Shown piece by piece: positions 15,530 through 31,935 of a stretch of 64,000 bases of DNA. The stretch lies in NCBI RefSeq assembly GCF_009914755.1, contig NC_060939.1; one strand, 5' to 3'. The notes below the pieces were generated by a model. It was not told where the DNA came from. It was given only the letters and a program-made list of their open reading frames with translations, and made no database searches. The translations under genes and the position numbers were made by a program. Source of the DNA: the human T2T-CHM13v2.0 reference genome, Homo sapiens. The first letter of the stretch is position 1; each line of letters starts with the position of its first letter.

Positions 15530-16894
15530 ATATTAATCAGCCTCCATAGGCAAATAAATATAATGGCTTATTTTAAAAACACCCAATTAATACATTAAGA
15601 AAGTTCTATATATTAAGTCAAGAGAAAATTCATTTAAAATTTTGGGCTATAATCTATCCACTTTATACCTACTATATTCTGATATAAACAATTTTTCTAA
15701 TTTTGGATTTGTGAGATGTTTTATTCCAAAATTCACATGTTATCGCAAGAAATTTTTAGAAAGGTAAATATGGTGATTTATAATCAGAACTGGGTATCAG
15801 AAACTACTAATATCCACATTGTTATGTATGTTTTGCCATTTTCTGGAGTAGGCTATTAGCTGGAAACCTGAAAAATGATTTATAAATACTAAATATATAA
15901 TTTTTACCTGAAGTATTTTTCTTTTACAAAGTGAAATTTGAGGAAAAAGGTACTACACCTATTTCTTCATAATAAACAATGTGTCTAAAGCAAAATTACT
16001 TAGATGCAATGTGACTTATGAAAGCATGAATTTGTTTTAAAGGGAGGTCACATTACAGATACAAAGAAATGAGAACATCCGGATTTATTTCCCCTCCTTT
16101 CATTAAGCATGAGCAAACAAATTCCGTTTGAAATTTTCTGAATCTAGTATCTTCCTGAGTTTAAAATTTTTAATTGGTGGAAGTCTTTATGACCATTCTG
16201 CAAATCTCTACTTTTAAAAATTAATTCATACACATTATATCGGTAGGTATTCTTCATTCATGGGAAAAAGGGGATTGGGTTTCTAACTGGATCTTTCAAA
16301 GGTTCAGGTAGCTGTGTGTATTCTAAAGTGAAAGCTAAGGAACACTTTTTCAAACGTTTGAATCCTAAATCATGTCAATCTGATAAAATATGCTAATATT
16401 CCTCAGATAAATAAAGTATGACAGTTCTGAGACAAGCAATCACAATTCTGTAGCATTTCCCACTAAAAGTGTTGTTAGATTTGTTTGTAAGATTTAACTA
16501 AGCCTAATCATATCTTGACTAATATTTTTGCCAAGGGAAGAAAATAGTTGTGTGAAGAAAAGGCAATGGAGTTTTGTGGTTAAGCATGTAGATTTGGAGC
16601 CAAAATACCTCGTTCACATCTCACTTAACCAATTGTTTGATGTTGGGCAAATTGACAATATTCTCTCAGCCTCTGTTTCTCCTGCCAAAATTTTCAGCGA
16701 TAACATGTATAAAGCCCTTAGCACAGCCTAAAGACAAAGTATTTTATATATGCTAACTGTATTATTAAATGGGTACCTTGGCTCATTGGATAATCGAATG
16801 ACATTTCTCTAGGTCATTTTGTTGTGCTTTATTACGATTACATCGATTATAAGTAATTCTTTATAGGAAGTTATTATAAAGAAATAGTAAAAAT

Positions 16895-17222
<328 letters not shown>

Positions 17223-17269
17223 TCAGCATTTAGCCACGTTCCAGTTACTAGTTGAAGTACCTTCCATAT

Positions 17270-17463
17270 TCTGGTTTTTAATCCTCATGATAATCTATGA
17301 AGCAGATATTATTATCTCATTTTACAGCTGGAGCTGGACACTGTGGCCCAGGGGAGTTAAGTAGTTTACCAAAGCCCATATAGCTTTTAAATGGTAGAGC
17401 CAGGATCTGAATGGATATAAGATTTGAACAGGATCTAGCGTCAGTGTTCTTCACCACTATATT
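17270..17463 (-). mobile_element. MIR SINE
   Basis: ttaatcctcatgataatctatgaagcagatattattatctcattttacag...gttaagtagtttacc. Confidence 0.7.
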
Positions 17464-18305
17464 ATGTTGCCTCTCCTTGATGTAGCTTTAATAATCTCTA
17501 AAGATCTAATTTCTGCCCATACAAAAAAAGAGACAGGTAAAATAAAATACACTAGACACTTCAAATCTTCTTTGGATGCAACTGAGAAAGAAATTGCATG
17601 TGTATATATATATGTACAGACTATGTTAAAATTCCGTGCTTCCCTCTGGCAATAGAGAAGGTGATTTTATAAGATTCCACTGCCATGAAAAGAGATTGAT
17701 TCAATTGGCCACATATGAAAATTGATCTCATTGTCATACAGTGTACATACTACCTAGATACCTAAAACAAACTGAAGTCCATGGTGCTGCAAGTGGAGAG
17801 GAGAACTCTAAAGAGAGGTCCACCAGCTGTTGGGGCAAGGGTCAGAGCAGCAGGACCTTCTAGTGTGTCCCTGGATCAATGAATGGTTTTGGAGTTTTTA
17901 GAACATGATTTTAATAATCACCCAAATTGATAAGTCTCAGAGAGACTTATTCATCTTAATCAAAACTAAAAGTACACAAGCAAGAAACAAACATGACTGG
18001 AATTCTCCTATCAGCTCATTAATTGTTTTTCTTCTTTGTAGGCAAGATATGAGAAATGAAATTAATATCCAAGTTTGCTTACTAAGTAAAATCAGAACAT
18101 TCCTGGCTGCAGTGGTTTTAAACTGTGGCTTCTTCTCTCGAGCTTTTTATCTTTCTTTATGTTAGATAAAGGAAGACTGAACCTACTATTTCTCAGAGAA
18201 ATAAAACAATCTCTTATTATATCTGTCAACTACTGTAAGATGTTGTCAAATCTTCAACTTTTCAAAAAAATAAAGTTAAGTATCTCTCATATCCTAGGCA
18301 CTAAG

Positions 18306-20532
18306 TGATATGGTTTGGCTGTGTCCCCACCCAAATCTCATCTTGATTGTTGCTCCCGTAATCCCCATGTGTCAAGGGTGAACCAGGTGGAGAAAATTGA
18401 CACATGGGGGTAGTAGTTTCCCCCATGCTGTTCTCATGATAATGAGTTAGTTCTCATGAGATCTGATGGTTTTATAAGGGTCTTCCGCATTCACTTAGCA
18501 TTCATGCTCTCTCCTGCTGCCCTGGGAAGAGGTGTCATCCACACTGATTATAAGTTTCCTGAAGCGTCACCAGTCATGCAGAAATGTGAGTCAATTAAAC
18601 GTCTTTCCTTTATAAATTACCCAGTCTTGGGTATATCTTTATTAGCAGCAAGGGAACAGACTAATAAACTGGTACTGTTGGTACTAATAAATTGGCACTA
18701 AGTGGGGTGCTGCTATAAGGATACCCAAAAATGTGGAAGAACTTTGGAACTGGGTAAGAGGCAGAGGTTGGAACAGTTTGGAGGGCTCCGAAATAGACAG
18801 AAAAATGTGGGAAAGTTGGGAATTTCCTACGGATTTGTTGAATGGCTCTGACCAAAATGCTGATAGTGATATGGACAATGAAGTCCAGGATGAGGTGGTC
18901 TTAGATGGAGATGAGGAACTTGTTGGGAACTGGAGCAAAGGTCATTCTTTCTGTGCTTGAGCAAAGAGACTGGCAGCTTTTTGCCCCTGCCTTAGAGAGA
19001 TCTGTGGAACTTTGAACTTGAAAGAGATGACTTGGCATACCTGGTAGAAGAAATTTCTAAGCAGCAAAGCATTCAAGAGGAAGCAGAGCATAAAAGTTTG
19101 GAAAATTTGCAGCCTGATGATGTGATAAAAAAGAAAAACCAATTTTCTAGGGAGATATTTAAGCCAGCTGCAGAAATTTCCATAAGCAAGGAGGAGCCTG
19201 ATATTAATCACTAAGACAATAGGGAAAATGTCTCCAAGGTCTGTCAGAGACTTTAATGACAGCTTCTCCCATCATAGGCGCAGAGGCCTAGGAGGGAAAA
19301 ATGGTTTCCTGGGCCAGTCTGTTCTGGCAGCCCAACCATGGCTAAAAGGGGCCAAGGTAGAGCTCAGGACATTGCTTCAGAGGCTGCAAGCCCCCAGCCT
19401 TGGCAGCTCCTATGTGGTGTTGGTCTTGTGGGTGCACAGAAGACAAGAACTAAGGTTTGGGAACCTCTGCTAGATTTCAGAGGCTGTATGGAAATGCCTG
19501 GATATCAAGGCAGAAGTTTGCTGCAGGGGCAGAGCCCTCATGGAGAACCTCTGCTAGGGCAGTGCAGAAGGAAAATGTGGGGTCAGAGTCCCCACACAGA
19601 GTTCCCACTGCGGCACTGCCTAGTGGAGCTGTGAGAAGAGGGCAACCATCCTTCAGACACCAGAATGATAGATACACCAATAGCTTGCACAATGTGCCTG
19701 GAAAAACCACAGACACCCAATGAAAGCAACTAGGAGAGGGGTTGCACCTTGCAAAGCCACAGGGGCAGAGCTACTCAAGGCTGTGGGAGCCCACTTCTTG
19801 CATCAGCATGACTTGGATGTGAAGCATGGAGTCAAAGGAGATCATTTTGGAATTTTAAGATTTAATGATTGCCCTGTTGGATTTCAGACTTGCATGGGGC
19901 CTGTAGCCCCTTCGTTTTGGCCAATTTCTCCCATTTGGAATGGGTGTAGTGACCCAGTGCCTGTACCCCCATTATATCTAGGAAGTAACTAACTTGCTTT
20001 TGATTTTACAGGCTCATAGGCAGAAGGGACTTGACCTATTTCAGACAACAGTCTGAACTTGGATTTTTGAGTGAATGCTGGAATGACTTAAGACTTTGGG
20101 GGACTGTTGGAAAGGCATGATTGTGTTTTGAAATATGAGAACATGAGATTTGGGAGGGGCTGAGGCAGAATGATATGGTTTGGCTATGTCCCCACCCAAA
20201 TCTCATCTTGAATTGTAGTTCCCATAATCCCCACATGTCAAGGGTGAGACCAGCTGGAGATAACTGAATCATGAGGCCAGTTTCCCCCCATGCTGTTCTC
20301 ACGATAGTGAGTTAGTTCTCATGAGATTTGATGGTTTTATAAGGGGCTTCTCCCTTCATTTGGCACTCATTCTCTCTCCTGCTGCCCTGTGAAGAGGTGA
20401 CTTCCACCATGATTGTAAGTTTCCTGAGACCTCCTCAGCATGCAGAACTGTGAATCAATTAAAAGTCTTTCCTTTATAAATTACCCAGTCTTGGGTATGT
20501 CTTTGTTAGCAGTGTGAGAACAGTCTAATACA
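18306..20532 (+). mobile_element. Full-length THE1D-like MaLR retroelement (5' LTR 18306-18668, internal region, 3' LTR 20171-20532)
   Basis: Both LTRs start TGATATGGTTTGGCT and end CTAATA(C/A)A. PPT gggaggggctgaggcagaa precedes the 3' LTR; ~1.5 kb THE1-int; TSD CTAAG/CTGAG. Confidence 0.95.
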
Positions 20533-20764
20533 CTGAGGACAAAGAGATTAAGATACAAACCCTGTCCTCGAGGACCTAACAGAGGAAGACAAAAATGGAA
20601 ACAGATTGTTGCAAAGTAGTAGTAGCAATCCCTATGTTAGTGATATATGTGGGATGCTATAAAGATAGGAGGCTCACCTTATTTTTACATCCTTAATTGG
20701 CACTTGAAGGAAAGTGTATGAAAGCTTTTTCCCTCATCTTTCCTCCTCCATGAACTTATTCATC

Positions 20765-21513
20765 TGTTAGGAACTGCATGTTCCACTCCAAATTCATGTG
20801 TTGAAATCCTAACTCTCAATGTGATGGTATTAGGAGGTGGGTCCTTTCAGAAGTAATTAAGTTCTAAGGGTGAAGCCCTCATGAATGGGACTTGTGCCTT
20901 TCTGATATGGTTTGGATTTGTGTCCTCACCCAAATTTCATTTTGAATTGTAATCCTCAATGTTGGAAGAGGGGCCTGGTGGGAGGTGATTGGATCATAAG
21001 GACAGACTTTCTCCTTGCTGTTCTTCTGGTAGTAAGTTCTCACAAGATCTGGTTATTTAATAGTGTGTAGCACCTCCCCTTTCTCTTTCTTCCTCCTGTT
21101 CCAGGCATGTAAGACGTGCTTGCCTCCCCTTCACCTTCCACCATGATTGTAAGTTTCCTGAGGCCTCCTCAACCATGCTTCCTGTACACCCTGTGAATCT
21201 GTGAGCTAACTAAACCTCTTTTATCTATAAATTACCCAGTCTCAGGTATTTCTTTATAGCAGTGTGGGAACAGACTAATACACCTTGTAAGAAGAAACAG
21301 AAGAACTTGCTTACTCTATTTGCTCTCTGCCATGTCAGGGTACGATGAGAAGATGGTCATCTGCAAACCAAGAAGTGGGCCCACACCTCACTAGATCTAC
21401 CAGTGCCTTGATTCTGGACTTCTCAGCCTCCAGTACTGTGAGAAATAAATGTTTGTTGTTTAGGCCTCCCAGTCTAAGGTAATTGGTTATAACAGCATTA
21501 GCTGACTAACACA
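20765..21513 (+). mobile_element. MLT1A-type LTR interrupted by MSTA
   Basis: ccaaattcatgtgttgaaatcctaa...catgaatggga...[MSTA]...ggacttctcagcctccagtactgtgagaaataaatg...gactaacaca. Confidence 0.8.
20903..21282 (+). mobile_element. MSTA solo LTR
   Basis: TGATATGGTTTGGATTTGTGTCC start, CAGACTAATACA end. Confidence 0.88.
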
Positions 21514-21739
21514 CCATCCATTTCCTCTTGTCCTGTACCTTTAATCTCACTTTCTCCATGACTTTTTTCTCTGTAGCCTTTAAACAAGCATATTTTCTCC
21601 TCATTTAAAAAAAAGTTTTCTACTCTATTCTTCATCACAGTACCACCCTATCTTGTCCTTCTCCAAACTCCAAACTTTTAAAGTCTATATTTATATCTAC
21701 TTTTTAAAAATTCTCTTTCCTGCCACAGCACATTATACC

Positions 21740-23220
21740 ATTATCCCAAACTCCTCTTGATAAAAGTCACCAATGACATCCTAATCACCAACACCAAAGA
21801 TCTACTTCAATTTTTATTCTGGCAGATTTCCCACAGCATTTGAAACTGTTGACTCCTCCTGAAACCATTTTGATAAATGAATTAAAAACTAAAATAAAAT
21901 GGTACTAACTAGGAGATAATAGAGAAAAGTTAACTAATGGTGGAGGTTTGGGCATAGAAAAGGGGACATTGTTAAAACTGGAACTTGGAAAATGAGTAGA
22001 TGCTATCAGAAGGAACAAGGGCATCTCAACAGAGTTGACTCCTCCTGAAACCCTTTTCCTCCTTGGCTCTGTTTCCTTTATTTCCTCTCAAATTAATTTA
22101 TCTGAAAATGTCTTGAGTGAGAAATTTAAATTTATTTTTGTTTTCCTGCATGGTCTCTTCTTACTCTACCTGCTTTTCTTGGGTGATTTTGTCTCCAAGA
22201 ACTCCAGGTACCATCTACATGTGTCAATCATCAGGGTCCTGGCCGGAAACAGATGGCACTCTCAAATGGGGTAATTGAGAAGGTTTTAATAAAGCAACTG
22301 TTTACTATTTATAACGGAAACCAGAAAGGAATGTTCAGTACCCTAGGTCTTAACTGCCCCAAGGCCTAAGGGCATAAGGGAAGAAAGCCATTTTTGGAAT
22401 CTAGAGAGTGGCTGCCTAATAAGGATCACTGGGAAAGAGCTGCACCCTTTGGAATAGGGATTCAACTAGACTGTGGGGACCTGAAAGAGAAGGAGTCATA
22501 AAATAAATATCTAAAACTTACTCTCTTTCGGCCCTTTGAACTTTTCCTGGTGCCTCCCATTGCCTAAACCCACTGGAAGCCAAAGTACAGTGATGAAACC
22601 AAAAATAGGTAACGATCCTAGGGTACAGAGAAGGTTGGAAAGTATGGAGAGGGACAAACGAAAAATATCTAGCACAGATGCTATATCTCTAGTTTTAACT
22701 GCTCTTCTGAGATCTTGACCAAAATTTCCATTTTCATCTCCAATCTACTTGCATTACATCTATGGGTCTTAAAATTAATTTGCCCACTTCTTCTGTTTTT
22801 CTTATGGAAACTTTTTCATTTAGTGATGCAAATATTTTCTCTCAATCCAAAGACCGTGGAATGTCCTTGATTTTCCTTCTCCTATAGCTCTCCCATTGAG
22901 GTCTGGCAAGTATTTTTTCATAGAAACATTTTTTTGAATTCTGAGCTCTCCTTTTCAATTCCATTCCTCTAATCAATATCCTTATGTTCCCTTTTCTAGA
23001 CTTCTGCAATGATTTCCCAACTCAATTCCCTGTAACTGTTCTTCTCACCACTCTTTTAATGCATGTACACTGCTATCAGTTATCTTCCTAAAACACAGAT
23101 CTAATCGTGACATTCCTTTGTGTAAAATCTCTAATAGATCTCTGTTGCCTTGGCATAAAATCTTAACTTCACATATAACCTCTAAGGCGCCAACCTATGC
23201 CTTTAGCATCTTGCATTTTC
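21740..23220 (+). mobile_element. L2 fragments (interrupted by a templated insert and LTR33)
   Basis: aagtcaccaatgac...cagcatttgaaactgttgac...; tcttcctaaaacacagatctaatcgtgaca. Confidence 0.65.
22220..22676 (-). mobile_element. LTR33-like ERVL LTR
   Basis: Right end reverse-complements to TGTGCTAGATATTTTTCGTTTGTCCCTC, like the LTR33 start. Confidence 0.7.
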
Positions 23221-24367
23221 CTATTCAACAATATGTCTTGAACACTAAGTGTGTGCCTGATAAGAGACTAAATGCTAAGAAAAACAAATAAGAGATCATG
23301 CACACACTCTAGCCACTAGACTGCAATGAGAGTGATAAATGAATTAAAAAATGAAAATCAAGTGCCAATAACTAGGAGCTAATAGAGAAAAGCTAACTAA
23401 TGGTGAAGGTTTGGGCATAGAAAAGAGGACACTGTTAAGAGTGAAACTTGGGAAATGAGTAGATGTTATCAGAAGGAGCCAGAGCACCACAACGGAGGAA
23501 TACATGTGTCCATGTATAATAGCATAAACTAAGGTGGATTCAGTGAACTGAAACAATGATCTCCTAGAATTGTGTATATAAAATTTGTGCTTTCCAAGTA
23601 ATGTAAATTGTAGATCAATTGTTTTCAATTGAAGGGAAATTTGGGGGAGTAATAAAAGAATTCTATGCCATGATTGAACTGTATATGTTTGTCAAACTTT
23701 AACAAACTCTACCTTTAAAATGTGTACTTTTTAAATAGTATGTGTATTAATTACATCTCAGTTTTAAAAAGGATAATCTGGGAGTCAAAAAGATTTAGTC
23801 TTTCTCCATCCCTTATCAGTTACATGAAATTAAACAGGTTACTTATCTTCTTCAATTTTTCTGATCTGAAATTATAATACCTTCCTCATAGGACTACAGA
23901 AGACTTTTTTTGGTGCTTAGCATGTAATAGGTAATTAATGAATGAGGTCTGTCAACTGGTTCTTGAATGTATATAGGGTTTATCAGGATATACAGAAAGA
24001 ATTCAAGTCTGAAAAGTATGTGAGGACCTCTCAAAACAACCTATGTTTGTATTTTTAGAAAAATCAACTTAGTTTCAGTGTGGAGGACTAGAGCACAGAC
24101 AGGCTATAGCAGGAATCTCATTAGGAAACTAATAGAATAAAGGAAGGAAGGGACCAAATAGTGACAGAAGCATATTCCTTGGTGTGACAGAACATGGCAA
24201 TTGGCTGTGGAGGCAAAGATGAGGGTAGTGCCACTTTCCAAGAAAGTAAGGAGACTTGGGTACATAAATAAGCTCCATTTTGAGAGTTATGTGAGATGCC
24301 TGTAGGATTCAGAGATAGATATGCCATAGTACGCAAGTGGATACATGGCTCTGGACCCCTAAGATCA

Positions 24368-24688
<321 letters not shown>

Positions 24689-24694
24689 TTATTT

Positions 24695-24778
24695 TATATA
24701 CGTGTGTGTGTGTGTGTATATACATGTGTGTGTGTGTGTGTGTGTATACATACATATATATATATGTGTATATATATA
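24695..24778. repeat. (TG)n/(TA)n compound microsatellite
   Basis: Alternating purine-pyrimidine tract between two Alus. Confidence 0.95.
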
Positions 24779-24779
24779 A

Positions 24780-25071
24780 TTTTTTTTTTTTTTAGATGGA
24801 GTCTTGCTCCGTTGCCCAGGCTGGAGTGTATGGCATGATGTTGGCTCACTGCAACTTCCTCCTCCCTGGTTCACGTGATTCTCCTGCCTCAGCCTCCCGA
24901 GTTACTGGAATTAAGTCGCCCACCACTACGCCCGGCTAATTTTTGTATTTTAGTAGAGATGGGGTTTCATCATAATGGCCAGGCTGGTCTCAAACTCCTG
25001 ACCTCAGGTGATCCACCTGCCTCAGCCTCCCAAAGTGCTGGGATTACAGGCATGAGCCATTGTGCCCAGCC
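24780..25071 (-). mobile_element. AluSx-like
   Basis: Antisense dimer followed by agatttgttattata (25072-25086). Confidence 0.95.
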
Positions 25072-25643
25072 AGATTTGTTATTATATGTTGAGCTAATAG
25101 CAAGATAGAAATAAGAGTTACTCTCTAAGAGAGAACCAAACTGAGATGAGTCATTTGTGGAAATGACGGTATCCAAGAGAGTACAGGTGAATGCAAGCCT
25201 GGAGAATTACAAGAATAGTTAAAATCTAATTCACGTCATCTGGGTGTACATTTAAGTCTCCTTGAGGAAGCAAATAGAGTTTTGACTGTAACAAAGGAAG
25301 TTTACATCTAGTTACTTTGCTGTCTTTAGAAACAAGGAAAGTCTGCATGATATGTAAGAAAGAAGCAGAGAGAAAAACAAAAGTCTCTTTTTTTTACAGT
25401 CTAATATGTATATCATTGTGAAAAAGATTTGATTCCATTGAATATTAAGATCATCCAACTAATTTTTCTACCGGAGTCCTTTTGACTTCAAATTCTAGTA
25501 TCAAGCATTTCATTAGACTGCCTTCTTAGACGATATTTTTTTTATGTATTGCTGAGATGAAGCCTTGGGAAACACTCATATCTAATAAAGTGACTAGGTC
25601 TAACCTCTAGTTCTCTATGCATGCTTTTGAAGATAGGAGGACA

Positions 25644-25870
25644 TATTAGTCTAGACTCTCTGGGAAGCAGAGGCCAAGAGAGGATTTGACATGCAAGAGA
25701 TTTATTGGGGTAAAAACCTGCAAGAGAACTAGGGTAGATAGTGGGAGGAGGCTGGGAGAATTGTCTGACTCTTGTGAAGGAGAAAGGCAAGACAGACAGG
25801 CAGGTAGGCAGGTAGACAGGCAGGATGGAATGAACGAATTAGACTGTAGTGCAGTTCTAAGCAAGACAGG
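25644..25870. mobile_element. Ancient ERVL/MaLR-class LTR fragment
   Basis: gaagcagaggccaagagaggatttgacatgcaagagatttattgggg motif; subfamily and orientation uncertain. Confidence 0.45.
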
Positions 25871-26280
25871 AATTTGAAGGAATTATTTGGTAGCATTTCC
25901 TGCTTCTAGCATATAGCTGAGATCTTTAGGGTGTTTATTAGCCCAGAGAAAGTGAATTACAAATACACAGTGACTGGCATAATTATATAATAATAATATA
26001 TTTACTATAGATATAAAAGAAAATAGCTAGGTACTTTGATGAAACAGAAAGTGTCTATGGTTCATATTGGGGGGAGGTAGAAGAAGAGATTTTGAATGCC
26101 TTGCCTTATTTATGCCGTGGATCTCAATTAGACGACACAAGCCCATCTTTGAGGTCCTGAGAAAATTAGCATGTCAATCAAATGTCTACAAATCATATGA
26201 CTGAGGGGAGTTTGCCACATGATTTAAGAACATTATGTTTTCACTCATTTTACAAAGTAAAGTAGGTTTAAAAAAAAAAG

Positions 26281-26561
26281 AGGTGGGACCTTTGGGAGGT
26301 GGTTAGGTCATGAGGGTGGAGGTCATGAATGGGATTAGCACTGTATAAAAGAGGCTTGAGGGAGCCCTTCTGTCTCTTCTACCATGTGAGGATGCAGTGA
26401 GAAGGCGCTGTGTACCTGAAGCACAGAGCCCTTCCTGGACACTGGATTTGCTGGCTCCTTGATCTTGGACTTTCCAGCCTCTAGAACTGCAAGAAATAAT
26501 TTCTTGTTGTTTACAAAAAACCCAGGCTAAGGTGTTTCGTTATAGCCTGAATGGACTAAGC
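26281..26561 (+). mobile_element. MLT1A0-type LTR (3' part)
   Basis: catgaatgggattagc...ccttgatcttggactttccagcctctagaactg...aatggactaag. Confidence 0.8.
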
Positions 26562-26569
26562 TGCTGTGA

Positions 26570-27100
26570 CCCTGTTGGAAAACTGGTGGTATCTACCGAA
26601 AGCTGAATATACACATAAACTGTGATCCAGCAATTCCACTCCTCGGTGTGTACACCACAGAAACGAGAGCTACGTCCACCGAGACATGGGCAAGAACGTT
26701 GCTAGCCACTGACTGTAGCCTCAAACTCGAAACAACCCAAATGTCCATCCACCAACCCAAATGTCCATCCACAGTTGAAGTTGGGGTGAAGTCACAGGGT
26801 CAAATACTACTGTGCAGCAACAAATATGAATGAAAATACTGCTACGCACAGCAACATGGATAAGTTTCACAGATATGATGTGAAGCAAAAGAGGTCAGAA
26901 TCCTCACCACCAAGAGAGGTCATACTCAGTGTATGATTCTATTCATACAAAAAGTACAGAAATAAGCAAAACTGATCCGTGGTGTTAGAAGTCAGGGAAA
27001 CAGTTAACGGTGGGAAGGATACTGGGGAGGGGCATCCTGGGGTACTGGTCTACGTCTTCATCTGGGTGTTGATTTCACGAGTATGTTCAATTTGTGTTCA
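26570..27100 (+). mobile_element. L1ME-type 3' fragment
   Basis: gatccagcaattccactcct...aaacaacccaaatgtccatc...gtgttagaagtcagg. Confidence 0.75.
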
Positions 27101-27138
27101 GCCCTCCTGTTGGAGATGTGGAAATAAAGACCACCTAA

Positions 27139-27913
<775 letters not shown>

Positions 27914-28326
27914 TAGGATAACTTATAAATACATCATGGATCTTTACCTCTAACACTTCTGTGTGTATTTCCTAATAATGGGGGAGATTATTTACATCAT
28001 AAATATTTTACACAATATTTTATAATCCAATCTATCATTTGCATTCCAATTTTGACAGTTCATCCAATGATATCCTTTATAGCACTTTTTCCTCTTCAGT
28101 ACAGAATCCAGTCTAGGACCAGGTATTATATATTTCATTGTCATGGCTCTTTAACTTGCTTTAAACTGGAATATGAAATAATCATTTGATAAAGTAAATC
28201 TAATTTATTGAAGGATATAAACTTTGAGGTCAGAGACTTTGACAGTTCCATATATTGCTTATGCACACGGCCTGGAACAGTGCCTGGTACATGGTAGCTC
28301 TCACTAAATATCTGATGAATAAGTGA

Positions 28327-28687
<361 letters not shown>

Positions 28688-29408
28688 TTAAGAGGAGTTG
28701 GTATAAGTGAGTTACATTGGTCTTTGCCTCTTAAGTAGAATTTATATTATGTTTAAAAATTCCTATCTATACAAATAATTCAACATGTTGTTTTTTATAA
28801 GTAGATTTGTGTGCATAGAGCTTAAGTGTTCCTTAAGGCCCCCTCCCCGTGCTCCCTGCCCACAGCATTATCTTAAATCCCTTTCATCCCTGTACCAATT
28901 TAAACCTTTTACTGTTGTTTGAAAGTGAAATGGAAACCCAAGCTCTTCTGGCACGAAGATTGGCATCCAGTGTGACTGTCCTCTGGGCAATGCAAAACAT
29001 TTGCTCCCTGCATCAAGGGCTGTAATGAATCTGAATGTTCAGATACAACTAGTAGTCATGCTGAAAAAAAATGCATGCTGGATCCTCTGTCAACATGATG
29101 ACTGACAGAATGTACATGTGGTAGGAGGCTCACTGATATGATTTCAATCATAGCTCTGCAAATGGAATGCCCAGAAAAGTTGTCCATCAGTCACAGAAAT
29201 CTCCACCTTGCTCCAGAGGGCCCATTACATCATTTCTACATTGTCTGAATTGCAGTTTGTTGATGGAACTGAAGAATGGCCTAGCCTCTTGCTAGCCACA
29301 CCAAGGATCTCATCTCAAGGACTAGCTTGTGAGAGTCCATCTGCTGTACACAACCTACTACTCTATTCTTAATATGAAATTAGGGTCAAAATTACCAAGT
29401 GTTCTTAA

Positions 29409-29864
<456 letters not shown>

Positions 29865-30449
29865 AAGAATACCTTGCTCATGGTGTAATAGAAATAGAAA
29901 AGAGCTGGACTCAAGGTGTATATATAGTTTGATTTTATCTATGTATAGAAAAAAATTTTGCAGAAAAGGGTTGGAAGGAATAATGTCAATGTGGTTACTA
30001 TGGTGGCTTCCAAGTGATGAGATAATGCATGATTTACAGTATCTGATCTTTTGTTGTTGGCTACGAAAAACATTTTTCTTTCATGATCATAAAAAAGAAA
30101 TTAAGTTAAAAAAAGAGAGGTGTATTTTTATAGCCTCACATTTAAAAATGAAATCTAAAGAAACTGATTAAAATTCCAAGCCATTTTGTACCTCAGTTTC
30201 CCCATATGCCAAGGTGGTATGATAATGGCAGTTATAGATTACATGATGGCACTACATTAGATAACTGTAAAACATAACTATATTTTCTCAAAAGAAAGGA
30301 ACCTATTATTATTATTATATCTATATTTATTTCAGAAGGAATTCTTTCCCTTAACTCTCTATCAATTATGGAGAGGGAAAGGGTTATAAATACTGACTGG
30401 CCTCTTGCCCAATCTTTTGAAAGTCTAACCCAGTGGGAAGGCAAAATAG

Positions 30450-30759
<310 letters not shown>

Positions 30760-31391
30760 TAGAGTAATTTTTTAAGTGAAGGGATTTATATCTAATCTTC
30801 ATCTGACATATGCTTCCAACTCTAGCTTATGTTGAAAGAAGTGCTTATTAAGGACAGACTTGATTCCTTGACTCTCATTCCTCTCCCCTCACCCCAAAAG
30901 AAACCCTCTACTCCACCCAGGCTGGAGTTCTTTCAACATAGCTTCTTTCAATTTCTGAATTTACAAATGTGAGAAAACCCTCAGAACATAGTATGCATAT
31001 TTTTGCAGAATGGTCTTTGGGATAAGAGTGATTGACATCTGCAGAAATTACATCTGAAGTTTAGTCCTGTAGGAATAGGGTATACAAATTGTCTGCAATT
31101 TATCCACCAGTCCCTGATGAGCCTGAGAGAAAATGTAAGAGACTTCAGTTTTTCTTCAACAAACATGCTCACACATCTCCCTTTGCTATAACACACAAAC
31201 ACTCAAGAGAAATTGTCCCTATAAAAAAAACTACTTTTTGTTCCTTAACTTTGTCAAATGTAGTGATAGTGAAAGTGCACATGCCAATTAATAGCCTTTA
31301 TCATGTGCCAATTGTGTCCTGAGTGTGATTCAGAACAGAAGAGGTATATGAGCTCTGATTGATGGGTTTATAATCTAAAGAATAAATTGGG

Positions 31392-31701
<310 letters not shown>

Positions 31702-31935
31702 CTATAAGGTGCATAATTAAATAGCATGTAAGGATTTGCATTGTTAACCTTAGTAAACACGCATAACTTGAGAAGAACTAAATACAGTAGAATAATGGTA
31801 ATAATAATGATGGTTGATGCTTACAGGTCTTACACTCCTCTTTCAAGAGTACATGAAGAATGTGATGTTCTAGACTTTGGAATCAGCCCTTGGCCTTTGC
31901 ACATACCTGGCTTACGATATTGACTTTGTAAGACA

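Noticed and set aside
18733-19992. Several 60-98 aa ORFs in series
   Set aside because: Fragments of the decayed THE1 internal region, broken by stops and frameshifts.
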